From an uncultured Planctomycetota bacterium (GTDB taxonomy: Bacteria > Planctomycetota > Planctomycetia > Isosphaerales > Isosphaeraceae): DNA of 64,000 nt. Within the stretch, counting starts at the first letter, position 1. Each line of letters starts with the position of its first letter. Shown piece after piece: positions 39,468-50,248 of this stretch. The notes under the pieces were generated by a model. It saw only the letters and a list, made by a program, of their open reading frames with translations. It did not search any database and was not told where the DNA came from. The DNA lies in NCBI GenBank assembly GCA_963823665.1, contig CAWGMQ010000004.1, positions 1,728,001-1,792,000 on the forward strand. The letters are read 5' to 3'. Both the position numbers and the translations under genes were made by a program.

Positions 39468-39881
39468 TCACTCTCCCGAATACGAAAGCACAAAGTCGTG
39501 GAAACGGTATTTCTTGTTGCGGGGAACCTCGCCGGCCGCGGAGAAGAGCGAGAGCAGCAGCTCACCGAAGTGATCGGTGCGCACGCAGTAGAAATTGTGC
39601 TTCCCTTCCCGGCGCGACTCGATGAGACCCGAGACGCGAAGGAGTGCCAGGTGGTGACTCACGGCGGGTTGGCTTTGACCCAGCCGGTGGCACAGGTCAG
39701 TGACATGAAGCTCGCCATCGGGCGAAAGGGCCAGGTAGAACAGAATGCGCAGGCGGGTCTCGTCACTCAAGAGCTTGAACACCTGCGCCAACTCGCGAAC
39801 CGATTGATCGGAGACTTCCGGAGCAGAATGAGCGAGCTGACCGTTGCCAACGCTTGTCCGCCGAGTTTCTTTGCGTGCCAT
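39468..39881 (-). CDS. ArsR/SmtB transcription factor
   Basis: FKLLSDETRLRIL, QSQPAVSHHLALLR, RREGKHNFY. Confidence 0.92.
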   Translation of the reverse strand: MARKETRRTSVGNGQLAHSAPEVSDQSVRELAQVFKLLSDETRLRILFYLALSPDGELHVTDLCHRLGQSQPAVSHHLALLRVSGLIESRREGKHNFYCVRTDHFGELLLSLFSAAGEVPRNKKYRFHDFVLSYSGE

Positions 39882-40044
39882 GGTGGAATTTCCTCAAAGG
39901 ATGAAAAGAGAACCCAATGCCGGGGGAACCCGGCCTCTCCCAAGTCAGATTGCCTGCACTGCGCATGCCAGCAGAGCTCGATCGACGACCCGCTGTGAAG
40001 CAGGCACGCGATCGGATTAGCCCGTCGGCACGCTCTTTTAGACG

Positions 40045-40092
40045 AAACCCGTATGAAGCGCGTACGCGCAAACCCGTATTAAGCGCGTTCGC
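40045..40092. repeat. 23-bp direct repeat upstream of arsR
   Basis: AAACCCGTATGAAGCGCGTACGC / AAACCCGTATTAAGCGCGTTCGC, period 25. Confidence 0.85.
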
Positions 40093-40207
40093 ACCGCTCT
40101 AGCCTACAGTTCGCTACGCGTATGTACTCATTTTCAGGCAGGTCGCGATAACAAATCTTAGCAATTATTAAAAGATTAATGTGTAACACTCAATACTTAT
40201 ATGGCGG

Positions 40208-41107
40208 CTATGCATGCGGAGTCAAGAGGCCGTAGGTTCTGATGCTTTTCGTCAGCGATTCCCGCGCTCGCTCGTCCAGCGGGCAGAGTGGGAGCCGCAT
40301 TTCTCCGTTGCCCCTGCCGAGGATGGCCAAGGCGGTCTTGACAGGTATGGGGTTTGGGGCCAGCGCAAGCAGATCACGACAGAGGGGAAAGAGCCGCTTG
40401 TGCGCTTCGCGAGCCTCTTCGAGCCGACCGTCCTTGAATGCCTCGATGAGGCCCATCACGTCACGGGGAACAAGGTTGGCGACCACCGAGACCACACCTT
40501 CCCCGCCGATTGCCAGCATGGGCAGAGTCAAGCTGTCGTCACCGGACAAGATCGTCAGGTTCGTGCGCGCGATCAACTCGCTCGCCTGGTCGAGCGAGCC
40601 CGACGCTTCTTTGACGGCGACAATCGGACCGATCGCCGCGAGCCGCTCGATCGTCTCGGGCTCGATGTTGCGACCGGTCCGAGACGGTACGTTGTACAAC
40701 ACCAGCGGTAAGTCGGAGCATTCGGCGATCGCCGCAAAGTGGCGATACAAGCCTTCCTGATTGGGTCGGTTGTAATACGGAGCCACCTGTAGCGAGCCGT
40801 CCACTCCCGCACGCGCGGCGAAACGAGTCAGACGAATCGCTTCCGCTGTTGAGTTCGAGCCCGTCCCGGCCATGACCTTGGCACGACCGGCGGCCGTCTC
40901 AACAACAATCGCGATCACTCGCTCGTGTTCCTGGTGGGTAAGCGTCGGTGACTCGCCCGTCGTGCCTACCGGCGACAGGACCGGCGTTCCTTGCGCAATG
41001 TGCCACTCCACGAGCCGCCGCAGACCGGCTTCGTCAACTTCCCCGTCTCGAAAGGGAGTAACCAGCGCAACCGTGCAGCCCGCGAAGTACCGTCCCTTGG
41101 TTGGCAT
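40208..41107 (-). CDS. dapA: 4-hydroxy-tetrahydrodipicolinate synthase
   Basis: GTTGES, PYYNRP, YNVPSRTG, KEASG, SGDD, NPIPVK. Confidence 0.95.
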   Translation of the reverse strand: MPTKGRYFAGCTVALVTPFRDGEVDEAGLRRLVEWHIAQGTPVLSPVGTTGESPTLTHQEHERVIAIVVETAAGRAKVMAGTGSNSTAEAIRLTRFAARAGVDGSLQVAPYYNRPNQEGLYRHFAAIAECSDLPLVLYNVPSRTGRNIEPETIERLAAIGPIVAVKEASGSLDQASELIARTNLTILSGDDSLTLPMLAIGGEGVVSVVANLVPRDVMGLIEAFKDGRLEEAREAHKRLFPLCRDLLALAPNPIPVKTALAILGRGNGEMRLPLCPLDERARESLTKSIRTYGLLTPHA

Positions 41108-41425
41108 GCCTTCTCCCGGCCAACGCCTGGCGACCAGATAAAGTTTTGCTTGAGGAACCCACCGAGGCGTGCGAGCGACCAACTCTTGACGGGCATTCAA
41201 CCAACCGAGACAACCACCATGCACGACACGACGATTGCACCGCCATGAGTTAAAGCATAACGAATCTTATAGTACTCCGATGCCAAAGGGAAGCGGCAAC
41301 CTCGCCACGTCGAGCGAATTTGCCGAAATCGCGCCGAGATCGCCTCTTAGGCGTGCAGGCGCAAAGATCCAGGCATTCATGATGGCGGCCATGGACAGAC
41401 GCTTGATCATGTCCAGGACTTCGAC

Positions 41426-42172
41426 TCATTCGTGGGTCGCCATTGGATTCGAAATCGCCGCTAAAATGCACGACTTCATCTCGAAGACGGCCTGCCTGAA
41501 GCCCACGAACACGCTGCGGCTGACGATGCTGTGGCCGATATTGAGCTCCTCCATTCTCCGAACGCGCGCCACCGGGCCCACATTCTGGTAATTGAGACCG
41601 TGGCCGGCGTGCAGCTCCAATCCAGCCGCAACGGTCACAGCCGCGGCCGCTCTCAGAGAACGAAGCTCGCGCTCCCGACCGGCATCCCCTTGGGCGTCGG
41701 CGTATCGTCCGGTGTGAAACTCGACGGCGTTTGCGCCCAGCTCGACTGCGGCGTTTACCTGCGCCGGATCGGGGTCGATGAACAGCGCGACATCGATTCC
41801 CGCATCACGGCAGCGCGCAAGCGCGTGAGCAACCCGCGATTTTTCGCCGACGACGTCGAGCCCCCCTTCGGTCGTCAGCTCGGCGCGTCGCTCAGGTACC
41901 AACGTCACTTGATGCGGTTTGATCTCCAGGGCGATCGCGACGATCGACGGATCAAGTGCCATCTCCAGATTGAGCCGCACCTGCACGGTCTCGCGGAGGA
42001 GCCGCACGTCCCGATCCTGGATGTGGCGGCGGTCTTCGCGCAGGTGGACCGTGATCACGTCGGCCCCGCCTAATTCAGCCTGTACGGCAGCCCACACCGG
42101 GTCGGGTTCACGCGCGTTCCGCGCCTGGCGCAGGGTCGCGACATGATCGATATTCACACCCAGGCGTGGCAT
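41426..42172 (-). CDS. pdxJ: Pyridoxine 5'-phosphate synthase
   Basis: [35 protein letters not shown]. Confidence 0.97.
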   Translation of the reverse strand: MPRLGVNIDHVATLRQARNAREPDPVWAAVQAELGGADVITVHLREDRRHIQDRDVRLLRETVQVRLNLEMALDPSIVAIALEIKPHQVTLVPERRAELTTEGGLDVVGEKSRVAHALARCRDAGIDVALFIDPDPAQVNAAVELGANAVEFHTGRYADAQGDAGRERELRSLRAAAAVTVAAGLELHAGHGLNYQNVGPVARVRRMEELNIGHSIVSRSVFVGFRQAVFEMKSCILAAISNPMATHE

Positions 42173-42219
42173 ATTGCGGATTCTCCAAGTCAAGCAGAAA
42201 GGTGGCGGCTTTTTGTTCG

Positions 42220-44502
42220 CTAAGGCGAGTGCTCGCCGCCGGCGGCCTTGCCCACGGATCGCAGCGGAGCTTGCGCCAGGATGAATGTTCGCGGCGGGCC
42301 GACGGCGAACGCGACTCGCCCCTTACGGCCGGAGCCCTCGCCCTCAATCGCGACGATCCGCCCGAGCCCGTACATGGGATGGGCCACAGTCTGGCCCACC
42401 CGAAACAGAGCGGGATCCGCCAGCCCTGCGCCTCCGGCGGAGACAAACCCGCTCGGGCCGCCGGCCAGTTGAGCGGCGGTCGTCAACCGGAACTCCGGAG
42501 GCGCTTGCGCTGCTCGAGGTTCGCGCGGAAACGGCGGCCGCGAGCCGTGGTCCTGCCACGGACCGGAATAGGCCGAGCCAACTCCCGAAAAATCGCGCAC
42601 CACGATATGCCCCTCGGGAAGCTCACGCAGAAACGCCGAAGGCTCCGTCGATTTCACCTGTCCGCGGAACGAACGCACGCGACAACGGCTCAGGTAGAGC
42701 TCGCGCCGGGCGCGGGTGATCCCCACAAAGAACAGTCGCCGCTCTTCCTCGATGTCGTTGCCGTCGTCGCGAACCCGCGAATGGGGCAAGATTCCCTCTT
42801 CCAGACCGACGATGAAGACCACCGGAAACTCGAGCCCCTTGGCCGCGTGCAACGTCATCAGCGTGACTGCACCCGTATTCTCGTCCCAGCGGTCGATCGG
42901 CGAGGCCAACGTGACCTCGGCCAGGAATTCCTGGATCCCCGCGCCCGGATGCGCCTCGTCAAATTCGTGGGCGGCGGTGATCAACTCGTCGAGATTGGCA
43001 ATTCGATCTTCGCCCTTGTTCTTGGAATCGGCCGAGAGGTGCTCGCGGTATCCTGTGCGGGAAAGAAGCTTGAGGATTCCCTGCTCAACCGATCCGTCCC
43101 GCAGAGACGATAGCTCGTCGACCAACCGTGCCAGATCCTCGAACGCTCGGCCCGCCTTGTCGCGCAGACTGGAAATCGTCGTGGCCTTCCCCGCCATTTC
43201 CAGGAGCGGAACTCCGCGCTCCCGCGCGGCGGCGACCAGATGCTCGAGCGACGTCTTCCCCAAGCCACGCGGCGGAACGTTGACGATCCGCGCAAATGCA
43301 AGGTCGTCCTTGCGATTGACGAGCAAGCTCAGGTACGCGACGACGTCCTTCACCTCCTGCCGTTCGTAGAAGGCCACTCCGCCGACGATCTGATGCGGAA
43401 TCTTGAGCGCGCGGAAGGCTTGCTCGAGCGGACGAGTGAGCGCCGTCACCCGGCAGAAGACCGCGATATCGCCAAGCCCATGCTCGCCCTGCCGAACCAT
43501 CCCTACGATCCGCGCGGCGATCGACTCCGCCTCGTCGGTTTCGCGCGCGTAAAGTGTGAGCTCCACCGGATCACCCGACGGGTTTTCCGTTCTGAGCGAT
43601 TTCGGCTTCCGCCTCCGATTGAACCGGATCAAGTGGTCGGCAACGCCGATGATGTTCTTGGTGCTGCGGTAGTTCCGCTCGAGCGTCACCACGCGGCAGC
43701 CCGGGAATTCGCGCTCGAAATTGAGGATGTTCGACAGATTGGCGCCGCGCCATCCATAAATCGACTGGTCCGGGTCGCCGGTCACACAGAGGTTCGGAAA
43801 CTCAGCCGACATGGCAAGGACGATCGCGTATTGAGCCAGATTGGTGTCTTGATATTCATCCACCAGCACATACTTGAACCGGCGATCGAGCTCGAGGCGA
43901 ACGTCGCGGTGCTCCTTGAGAATCGCCACCATGTGCACCAGCAAGTCGTCGAAATCAACGGCCGAGGTCATCTTGAGTCGAGCTTCGTAGAGCTCGTAAA
44001 CCTGGGCAACCCTTCTGCCGTAATGGTCTCGGGCGCGGTGATTCATGGCCACCGGGCTCACCAGCTCATTCTTCGCCCGGCTGATCGCCGCCTCCACCCG
44101 CTCGGGTGTCCAGCCATCCTCTTCCCAGCCGAGCACTTCCATCACGCTTTTCACCACGCGCAGCCGGTCGGCCTGGTCGTAGATCGAAAAACTGGTGTCG
44201 ATCCCGACCAGCGGCGAGTAGCGGCGCAGCATCCGCGCACAAAATCCGTGAAAGGTACCGACCCAGACCGCCGATCGCGGCGCCAGGTCTTCGATCCGCG
44301 CACGCATTTCACCGGCCGCCTTGTTGGTGAAGGTCAAGGCCAGAATCTGCTCGGAGGGAATCCCCTGCGCGAGCAGCCACGCGACTCGCCGTGTGATGAC
44401 ACGCGTCTTGCCCGAGCCGGCACCGGCCAGCACCAGGAGCGGACCCGTCGTGTGCGTGACTGCCTCGCGCTGAGGATCCGTCAGATCAGCAAGCAAATCC
44501 AT
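42220..44502 (-). CDS. pcrA: UvrD/PcrA DNA helicase
   Basis: [40 protein letters not shown]. Confidence 0.95.
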   Translation of the reverse strand: MDLLADLTDPQREAVTHTTGPLLVLAGAGSGKTRVITRRVAWLLAQGIPSEQILALTFTNKAAGEMRARIEDLAPRSAVWVGTFHGFCARMLRRYSPLVGIDTSFSIYDQADRLRVVKSVMEVLGWEEDGWTPERVEAAISRAKNELVSPVAMNHRARDHYGRRVAQVYELYEARLKMTSAVDFDDLLVHMVAILKEHRDVRLELDRRFKYVLVDEYQDTNLAQYAIVLAMSAEFPNLCVTGDPDQSIYGWRGANLSNILNFEREFPGCRVVTLERNYRSTKNIIGVADHLIRFNRRRKPKSLRTENPSGDPVELTLYARETDEAESIAARIVGMVRQGEHGLGDIAVFCRVTALTRPLEQAFRALKIPHQIVGGVAFYERQEVKDVVAYLSLLVNRKDDLAFARIVNVPPRGLGKTSLEHLVAAARERGVPLLEMAGKATTISSLRDKAGRAFEDLARLVDELSSLRDGSVEQGILKLLSRTGYREHLSADSKNKGEDRIANLDELITAAHEFDEAHPGAGIQEFLAEVTLASPIDRWDENTGAVTLMTLHAAKGLEFPVVFIVGLEEGILPHSRVRDDGNDIEEERRLFFVGITRARRELYLSRCRVRSFRGQVKSTEPSAFLRELPEGHIVVRDFSGVGSAYSGPWQDHGSRPPFPREPRAAQAPPEFRLTTAAQLAGGPSGFVSAGGAGLADPALFRVGQTVAHPMYGLGRIVAIEGEGSGRKGRVAFAVGPPRTFILAQAPLRSVGKAAGGEHSP

Positions 44503-44503
44503 T

Positions 44504-45343
44504 TCAAGGCTTCACTTTCTCGAGGACCTGCAACATCCGCCCGCTCTTGGCCTTGGCCTCGAACTCGGTCGGTCTGGGTTTTCCCGGCGCCGCCCAGCAG
44601 ATCTTCTGGGTATCGCCGTCAAGCTCATAGATTCCTTTGAGCGAATTGTCCTTGCCCGGCCCGTCGGTGATCGTGATGTCGATCGTCTTGGGCTTCGCGC
44701 TCGGGTCAATCTTGAACGTGCCGTGCACGGTGTTTCCCTGCACCGTGGAAGTCGATTGCTTTCCCTTCAAGACCAACCGGTCATCTTCAAACTTGTCGGC
44801 GGGAACTGCGTTTCCTTCGACCTCGATCGAGACAAACTTCCAGGTCGCCTCGAACCGCTTGAGCTCGTCCTGCACGGCCTGGAGCCGCTCCCGCCCGACC
44901 GTCTTCGACCGTTTCCACACCACCAGCACGAGATCAGAATCGGCCGGTGCCGCGAATTGCTCCGGCCGCGCGGTCTCGGGGCTCAAGCCGCGACAGATCG
45001 TCAGGTCGTCACCTTCGATTTTGTAAATGCCCTTGAATGTCTTTCCTTTGGAGAAACCGCTGGTGAACGTGAAATCAATCGTCTTGGGGCTCTGGGTCGC
45101 GTCGATCTTGAACGTCGACGCCTCCGCGGTCGCACCCAGCTTGGAACGGTAGACGTCATCCAGAACGACCAGCTCGCCCCCCTTGGTCTCTTCGGCGGGC
45201 GTTTCCTCGCCGCTGGCCAGGAGCATAACCATGTGCCACCCTCCCTGGAGCTGTTCCGCCGGATCTTTCACTTCCGGCTGCTTGGGCTGGCCCGCACCCA
45301 GCAAAAGCCCGACCGCGACCATCGCCAAACCAGCCCCGCGCAT
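44504..45343 (-). CDS. TIGR03067-domain protein (two copies)
   Basis: Two F(K)ID...PKTID...KGIY...RPxxF units after a signal peptide. Confidence 0.88.
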   Translation of the reverse strand: MRGAGLAMVAVGLLLGAGQPKQPEVKDPAEQLQGGWHMVMLLASGEETPAEETKGGELVVLDDVYRSKLGATAEASTFKIDATQSPKTIDFTFTSGFSKGKTFKGIYKIEGDDLTICRGLSPETARPEQFAAPADSDLVLVVWKRSKTVGRERLQAVQDELKRFEATWKFVSIEVEGNAVPADKFEDDRLVLKGKQSTSTVQGNTVHGTFKIDPSAKPKTIDITITDGPGKDNSLKGIYELDGDTQKICWAAPGKPRPTEFEAKAKSGRMLQVLEKVKP

Positions 45344-45402
45344 GTTATTCCTCCGGAGGGAAATCCCCAAAACTCGATACTGTGCTACCAATGCCGGTCC
45401 AG

Positions 45403-46814
45403 TCAAGCGCCAGGGCTCTCCATCGCGAGCATCCTCGCGACGTTCATGAGCGCTCGCGCGGTATGATAATTCGCCTTCCATTGATTGGCCTTCGAGCCGT
45501 CACCGAGCAGCTTGCCCTCTCGCGTCGTCTCGCTATACCAGCCACCGTGAATCCCGTCCAGGAGGTGTTTCTCGATGAAATCCCACTGCTTCAAGAAGGC
45601 TTTCCAGTAGCGATCGGTGCGATCGCCAAACTTCCGGTGCATGAGCAAAAGCGCATTCAATCCCTCGGCCGCCGTCCACCACACCTTCTTCCGGTCGAAA
45701 GCCGCTCCCGCGAACGACTCTCCCTTGTCGTAGAAGCCGCCCGAGTCGTCGTCCCAGCCCCAATCCAGAGCATGGTCCAAAAGCGCCCGCGCGACCCGCC
45801 AGGTCTTCTCGTCATCGGGCATCGCGAGCGCATGAGCGGCCTCGACCAGCAGGAAGGCCGTCTCCACGTCGTGCCCGAACGAGTCGTGCGCGGGAATCGC
45901 CCGCCAGTCAGCCGTCAAGTAAAGATTGAGCGCCCCGGCTCGACCGCGATTCGATCACGCACGATCGAGAATACCTCCCCGAGTCGCTCCTTCACGACCG
46001 GCCCCTCGTCAATCTTCCTGAGCTCGGCAAGAGCCTCAAGTAAATGAATATGTGAATTCATCGACTTGAAACCGTAATACACGCCCAGCCGGTCGACCCG
46101 CTTCTCCAAGGGTGCCAGGGCGTTCCAGGAGAGGATCGGCGTCCCGTCCCGGCGCGTTGCCTCGAAGTATCCGCCGTTTTTAGAATCGTGAGCGTGCCGT
46201 TCCAGCCAGTCGAACGCATCACGGGCGACCTTTCTGGCGAGTGGGTCGCCGGTCACTTGAAAAGCCTTGCTGGCGGCATAGATCACGAATGATGTGCCGT
46301 AAACGTGTTTCTCGTCACCCTCTTTCGGGTCAACATGTCCCTCGCGGTCGAGAACCCAGTGAAAACCGCCAAATTCCTGGTCGCGAAGGACCCTGTCAAG
46401 AAACGCGATCCCGTGCCGCGCGTATCCCACGAATTGATCGCGGTCCTCAGGCGAATATTCCGCAAAGGCGGCGGCAGTCCAGGTCATGCGAGCCTGGTAG
46501 ACAAGAAAGACGTTTGAATCCTGGCCGGGCAACCAGTCGCGGCCCATCGATTGGTGAAATCCCCCGCGAACCCGATTCACAGCGTGCGGATACCAGTGGC
46601 TCTTCAGCTCATCGCGCAGCAGGTCTTCAATCCGGCGGCGGAGCTTCTGCCGCTCGCCGTCGAGAGGTGATTTCGCAACCCGCTGTGCCCCCGCCCGCTC
46701 GGGTTGCCCAACCCCAACCGGCTCTTCTATCCCTGCCGCCGCCTTGAGTGTGCCCGAGCCCGGCAGAAAGAGGAACGGGCATGAGAGCAAGAAGATAATC
46801 GGCTCCCAGGTCAT
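45403..46814 (-). CDS. AGE-family / cellobiose 2-epimerase, frameshift near 45930
   Basis: YQARMTW, KSMNSHIHLLEA, SFGHDVE, KVWW, WKANYH. Confidence 0.88.
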
Positions 46815-47112
46815 GAAAAGGACCCCCGAAAAAGCACTGGCCGATCCCCCCGTAGCGCTCATCCCGCGCGGAGCCGCCGTTCGGGCTGGACCCGGGCCGC
46901 TTTGCTTCGTCCCAGGAAACTCACACGTTTGAATCATATCGCAAACGAGTCTCCAAAGGGCGTCGGCGCCCTGTCTTTCTCGGCCCGCGTCTGCGATCAT
47001 CGCTTGCCGGGCCAGCCCGGCGAACGGTTGATCACGAGCGGGCGGGTCGTTCGTTCCCTTGCGCGGGGGCAACACCCCGCGCAAACCGTGCCCAGTGCAC
47101 CGAGGATCACCC

Positions 47113-47610
47113 ATGATCATCGATCCAACCGCGTACATCGCTCACGGAGCCGTCGTGCTCGGCGACGTACAGATCGGCAAGGATTCAAGCGTCTGGTTTA
47201 ACTCCGTGGTGCGAGGCGACACCGACACGATCACAATCGGTGAATCCACCAACATCCAGGACCTGTCAATGATCCACGCTGACCCCGGAATCCCTTGCTT
47301 GATCGGCAACCGGGTCACCGTCGGGCACCGAGCCATTCTCCATGGCTGCACCGTCGAGGATGATTGTCTGGTCGGAATGGGAGCGGTCCTGCTCAACGGC
47401 GCACGGATCGGACGCGGCTCCGTGATCGGTGCCGGGGCCCTCGTGCTCGAAGGCACGGTCATACCCCCGGAATCGCTCGTGCTCGGCTTCCCCGCGAAAG
47501 TGATCAGGCAGGTGGATGAAACAACCCGTGCACGCATCGAGCACGCATGGAAACACTATGTTGAGAAGGCCTGCAGCCACCGGGCTGGAACTTACCCCAC
47601 GCTGAAGTGA
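47113..47610 (+). CDS. Gamma carbonic anhydrase-family protein
   Basis: VRGD, TNIQD, TVGHRAILHGC. Confidence 0.92.
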   Translation: MIIDPTAYIAHGAVVLGDVQIGKDSSVWFNSVVRGDTDTITIGESTNIQDLSMIHADPGIPCLIGNRVTVGHRAILHGCTVEDDCLVGMGAVLLNGARIGRGSVIGAGALVLEGTVIPPESLVLGFPAKVIRQVDETTRARIEHAWKHYVEKACSHRAGTYPTLK

Positions 47611-48208
47611 AAATCGGCAGAGATGCCCCTGAGCCGGCCCGAGCAGCTCGGAGAGTGAGCATGCAAAGGCCGCGCCCCGGTTTGAATAGCGCGCAAGGAA
47701 CGAAGACACTGCTCGCCGGACCCGAATTCCGCCATCATACTTACGCAAGCACGGATCTTTTCTCTATTTCTACTTCTTCTAGCGTGCGAATTACTCTAAC
47801 TAACGAACGACTTTAGGAGGTCTGCCGGTGTGCCATCAACCTTCACTAGACGGCCAACCGGGCGATCGGATCGGCGAACAGTGTCCGCTCTAACATTCGC
47901 TGCGCCTGTTGCCGTCGCCGGACATGTCCGCACATCGTGGCCACGGGTCAGCCACTTTCGCGTTTGCCCTGCGACGGCTTCAATGGCGAATACGACTTTC
48001 ACACGCGAAATCTTACACCGGTAACCTTGGAATTCGCGCGAATTCTGTCCGCGAGGCCTCTCCGGAAGCTCGTTGCGTTGCAATTCCGCCGCATCTGCCT
48101 CTTGAAGCGTCGTGTACTGGGAGCCGGCTGCCATTTGCGATATAGTGGTAAGTTCTTTGTTCGCCTCCGATTCAGCTTGCCACGATCATGATGAGGGGAG
48201 AGGGCCAG

Positions 48209-48804
48209 GTGTCAGTTCTCAGCGATTCGCAGACCTCGTTGACCTTGATGGAACGGCTGCGCCAGTTCCCCAGGAACGCCGAGGCCTGGGAGCGCTTCGT
48301 CGAGCTCTACCGCCCCAAGATTTACGGTTGGTGCCGTGTGTGGGGTCTCCAGGAGGCGGACGCGGAAGATGTCGCACAGGATGTCATCGCCAAGCTCACC
48401 CAGAAGATGACGCATTTCGACTACGACCGGACACGCTGTTTTCGTGCCTGGCTCAAGACCATCACCCAGCATGCCCTGAGCGACCTCCTCGCCAGCCGCT
48501 GCCGTGCGCTCGGCGACGGTCCGGCCCCGATTCACAGCAGTATCGAAGTCGCGCGGACCTGGAAAAACGCATCGAAGAGCTCTTTGACCGCGAACTGCTC
48601 GACCTGGCGATCGCACGCGTGCGGGAACGTGTTGCCCCGGCAACCTGGGACGCATTCCGCTTGATGACCTTCGACGAATACTCCGGAGCCGAAACGTCGA
48701 AATTACTGGGAATCCCCGTTGCGTCCGTGTTCGTGGCCAAACACCGGGTTCAGAAGATTCTCAAGGAGGAGCTCGCCAAGCTGGATGACGGCCGGGACGA
48801 ATGA
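48209..48804 (+). CDS. ECF sigma factor, frameshift near 48545
   Basis: QTSLTLMERL...AWERFVELY, DAEDVAQDV, FRAWL; region 4 TWDAFR...VFVAKHRV in the next frame. Confidence 0.88.
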
Positions 48805-50217
48805 ATCGCCCGCCCCCGTAGTGGGTGCCTCGCCGCCGCTTTGCGGACCTTCCGACCTCAAATCCTGCTCAGGCAGCGAAGCCGCCGGCACGATCGCCCC
48901 GCGCCACTCCAGCCGCCAGGCGGCCGCAGCGCGCGGTTCCTCCCGCTCGCTCGCGCTGAACGTTTCGGCCGAAAGCCCCCTGTGCACCTCGGCATAACTC
49001 CGGTCGAACGCCCGATCCAGACCCATCACAAAGACCTTCCAGGACGAGGTCGAAGGCTCTACGTCGACGTGCCCCTTTGCCTCGGCAGTGCCGGTTCTCC
49101 CCGGCTCCGGACCGGTTTGAATTCGCGCCGGCGTGGACCACAAGGTCGCCGCGAGTGCCAATGACATCGAGCCCGCGAGGGGGCTTAATTCGGCGATGTG
49201 TTCGTGATCGAAGGGACCACTCGCCACATCAGGCGCCCTCCCGCTCAGAAGTCCCCTCCACGGCGCAGTCCCCGCGGCGATCGAGTCCTCGCGCGCATCA
49301 ATTCTGAGCGGAAGACGAGGGCCCCCAGGCTGGATGTCGCCCGGTTCAAGCGATTCAAACGAACTCACACGCCATCCGGCGAAGGAGCGATAATCCGATG
49401 GACGTCCAATGACGATATCGTCCGGCCGGCCCATCAATGTCGACGGACCCGCAGCCCCCGCCCCCACGATCAGCAGCAGCGGATCCTCGCCATTGAACGA
49501 CTCGGCGCCGTCGTCAAAAGGTTGCTCGTCAGCAACCGTCCACGCCAGCGGATCCAGCAAACCCGGGTTGACCTGATCTTCCGCGCCGTTTGTTTGAAAA
49601 ATCTGGCCTGTCGGATCCGTTGGCGTCGGGCCGGCTGATTGCCCCTGCGAATCCGGAGGAGTACTCGTCCCGCCGCTGGAGCCGCCTTGCGACGAAGTTG
49701 TGCTCCCGTCCGGGTTCGACTGGCCGCCATCGACCGTGCCTGGATCCGTGACGGGGATCGGACCATCGACGCCGGCCACCGCAGTAAACGCGTCAGTGTG
49801 CGCCGCCGGGAACACCGCATTCGCGTCCTTCGACGACGAGCTTTTCACATCCGCTGCGGCAAACGACGAATCGGCATGCTCCGCCCGGAACCACGAGCCC
49901 ACGTGCGCTACTGGAACGGACGAATCGAGATGCGCTGCGGCAACAACCAGCGTGCCGGTGCCGGCGCTGCCAGCCGCCGCCGGCTGCGGGCTCGCCTGCG
50001 AAGCGTCGTCTCGTTCAATCGCATCATGGACCCACCACGGCGACGCAACTGCCGAACCGATTTCCGCCGGCACGCTGGCCACACTCAGATCCAGCCCGCC
50101 CGCAAGAGCCGTTCGGTTCTCGAGCGGCTCCAGGGCCAATCGTCGCGCGAGCCGGAACTGACGAGACCGTCGCACCCGCAATCGAATCCAGGGATCGACG
50201 ATCCGTGAAACGGACAT
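48703..50217 (-). CDS. Hypothetical low-complexity protein with a LEPR-XLL-like motif
   Basis: RRLALEPLENRTALAG near the N-terminus; ends uncertain. Confidence 0.6.
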   Translation of the reverse strand: MSVSRIVDPWIRLRVRRSRQFRLARRLALEPLENRTALAGGLDLSVASVPAEIGSAVASPWWVHDAIERDDASQASPQPAAAGSAGTGTLVVAAAHLDSSVPVAHVGSWFRAEHADSSFAAADVKSSSSKDANAVFPAAHTDAFTAVAGVDGPIPVTDPGTVDGGQSNPDGSTTSSQGGSSGGTSTPPDSQGQSAGPTPTDPTGQIFQTNGAEDQVNPGLLDPLAWTVADEQPFDDGAESFNGEDPLLLIVGAGAAGPSTLMGRPDDIVIGRPSDYRSFAGWRVSSFESLEPGDIQPGGPRLPLRIDAREDSIAAGTAPWRGLLSGRAPDVASGPFDHEHIAELSPLAGSMSLALAATLWSTPARIQTGPEPGRTGTAEAKGHVDVEPSTSSWKVFVMGLDRAFDRSYAEVHRGLSAETFSASEREEPRAAAAWRLEWRGAIVPAASLPEQDLRSEGPQSGGEAPTTGAGDSFVPAVIQLGELLLENLLNPVFGHEHGRNGDSQ

Positions 50218-50248
50218 CAAGGGCGTCTCTCTGTCGGAAGCTGCCGTT

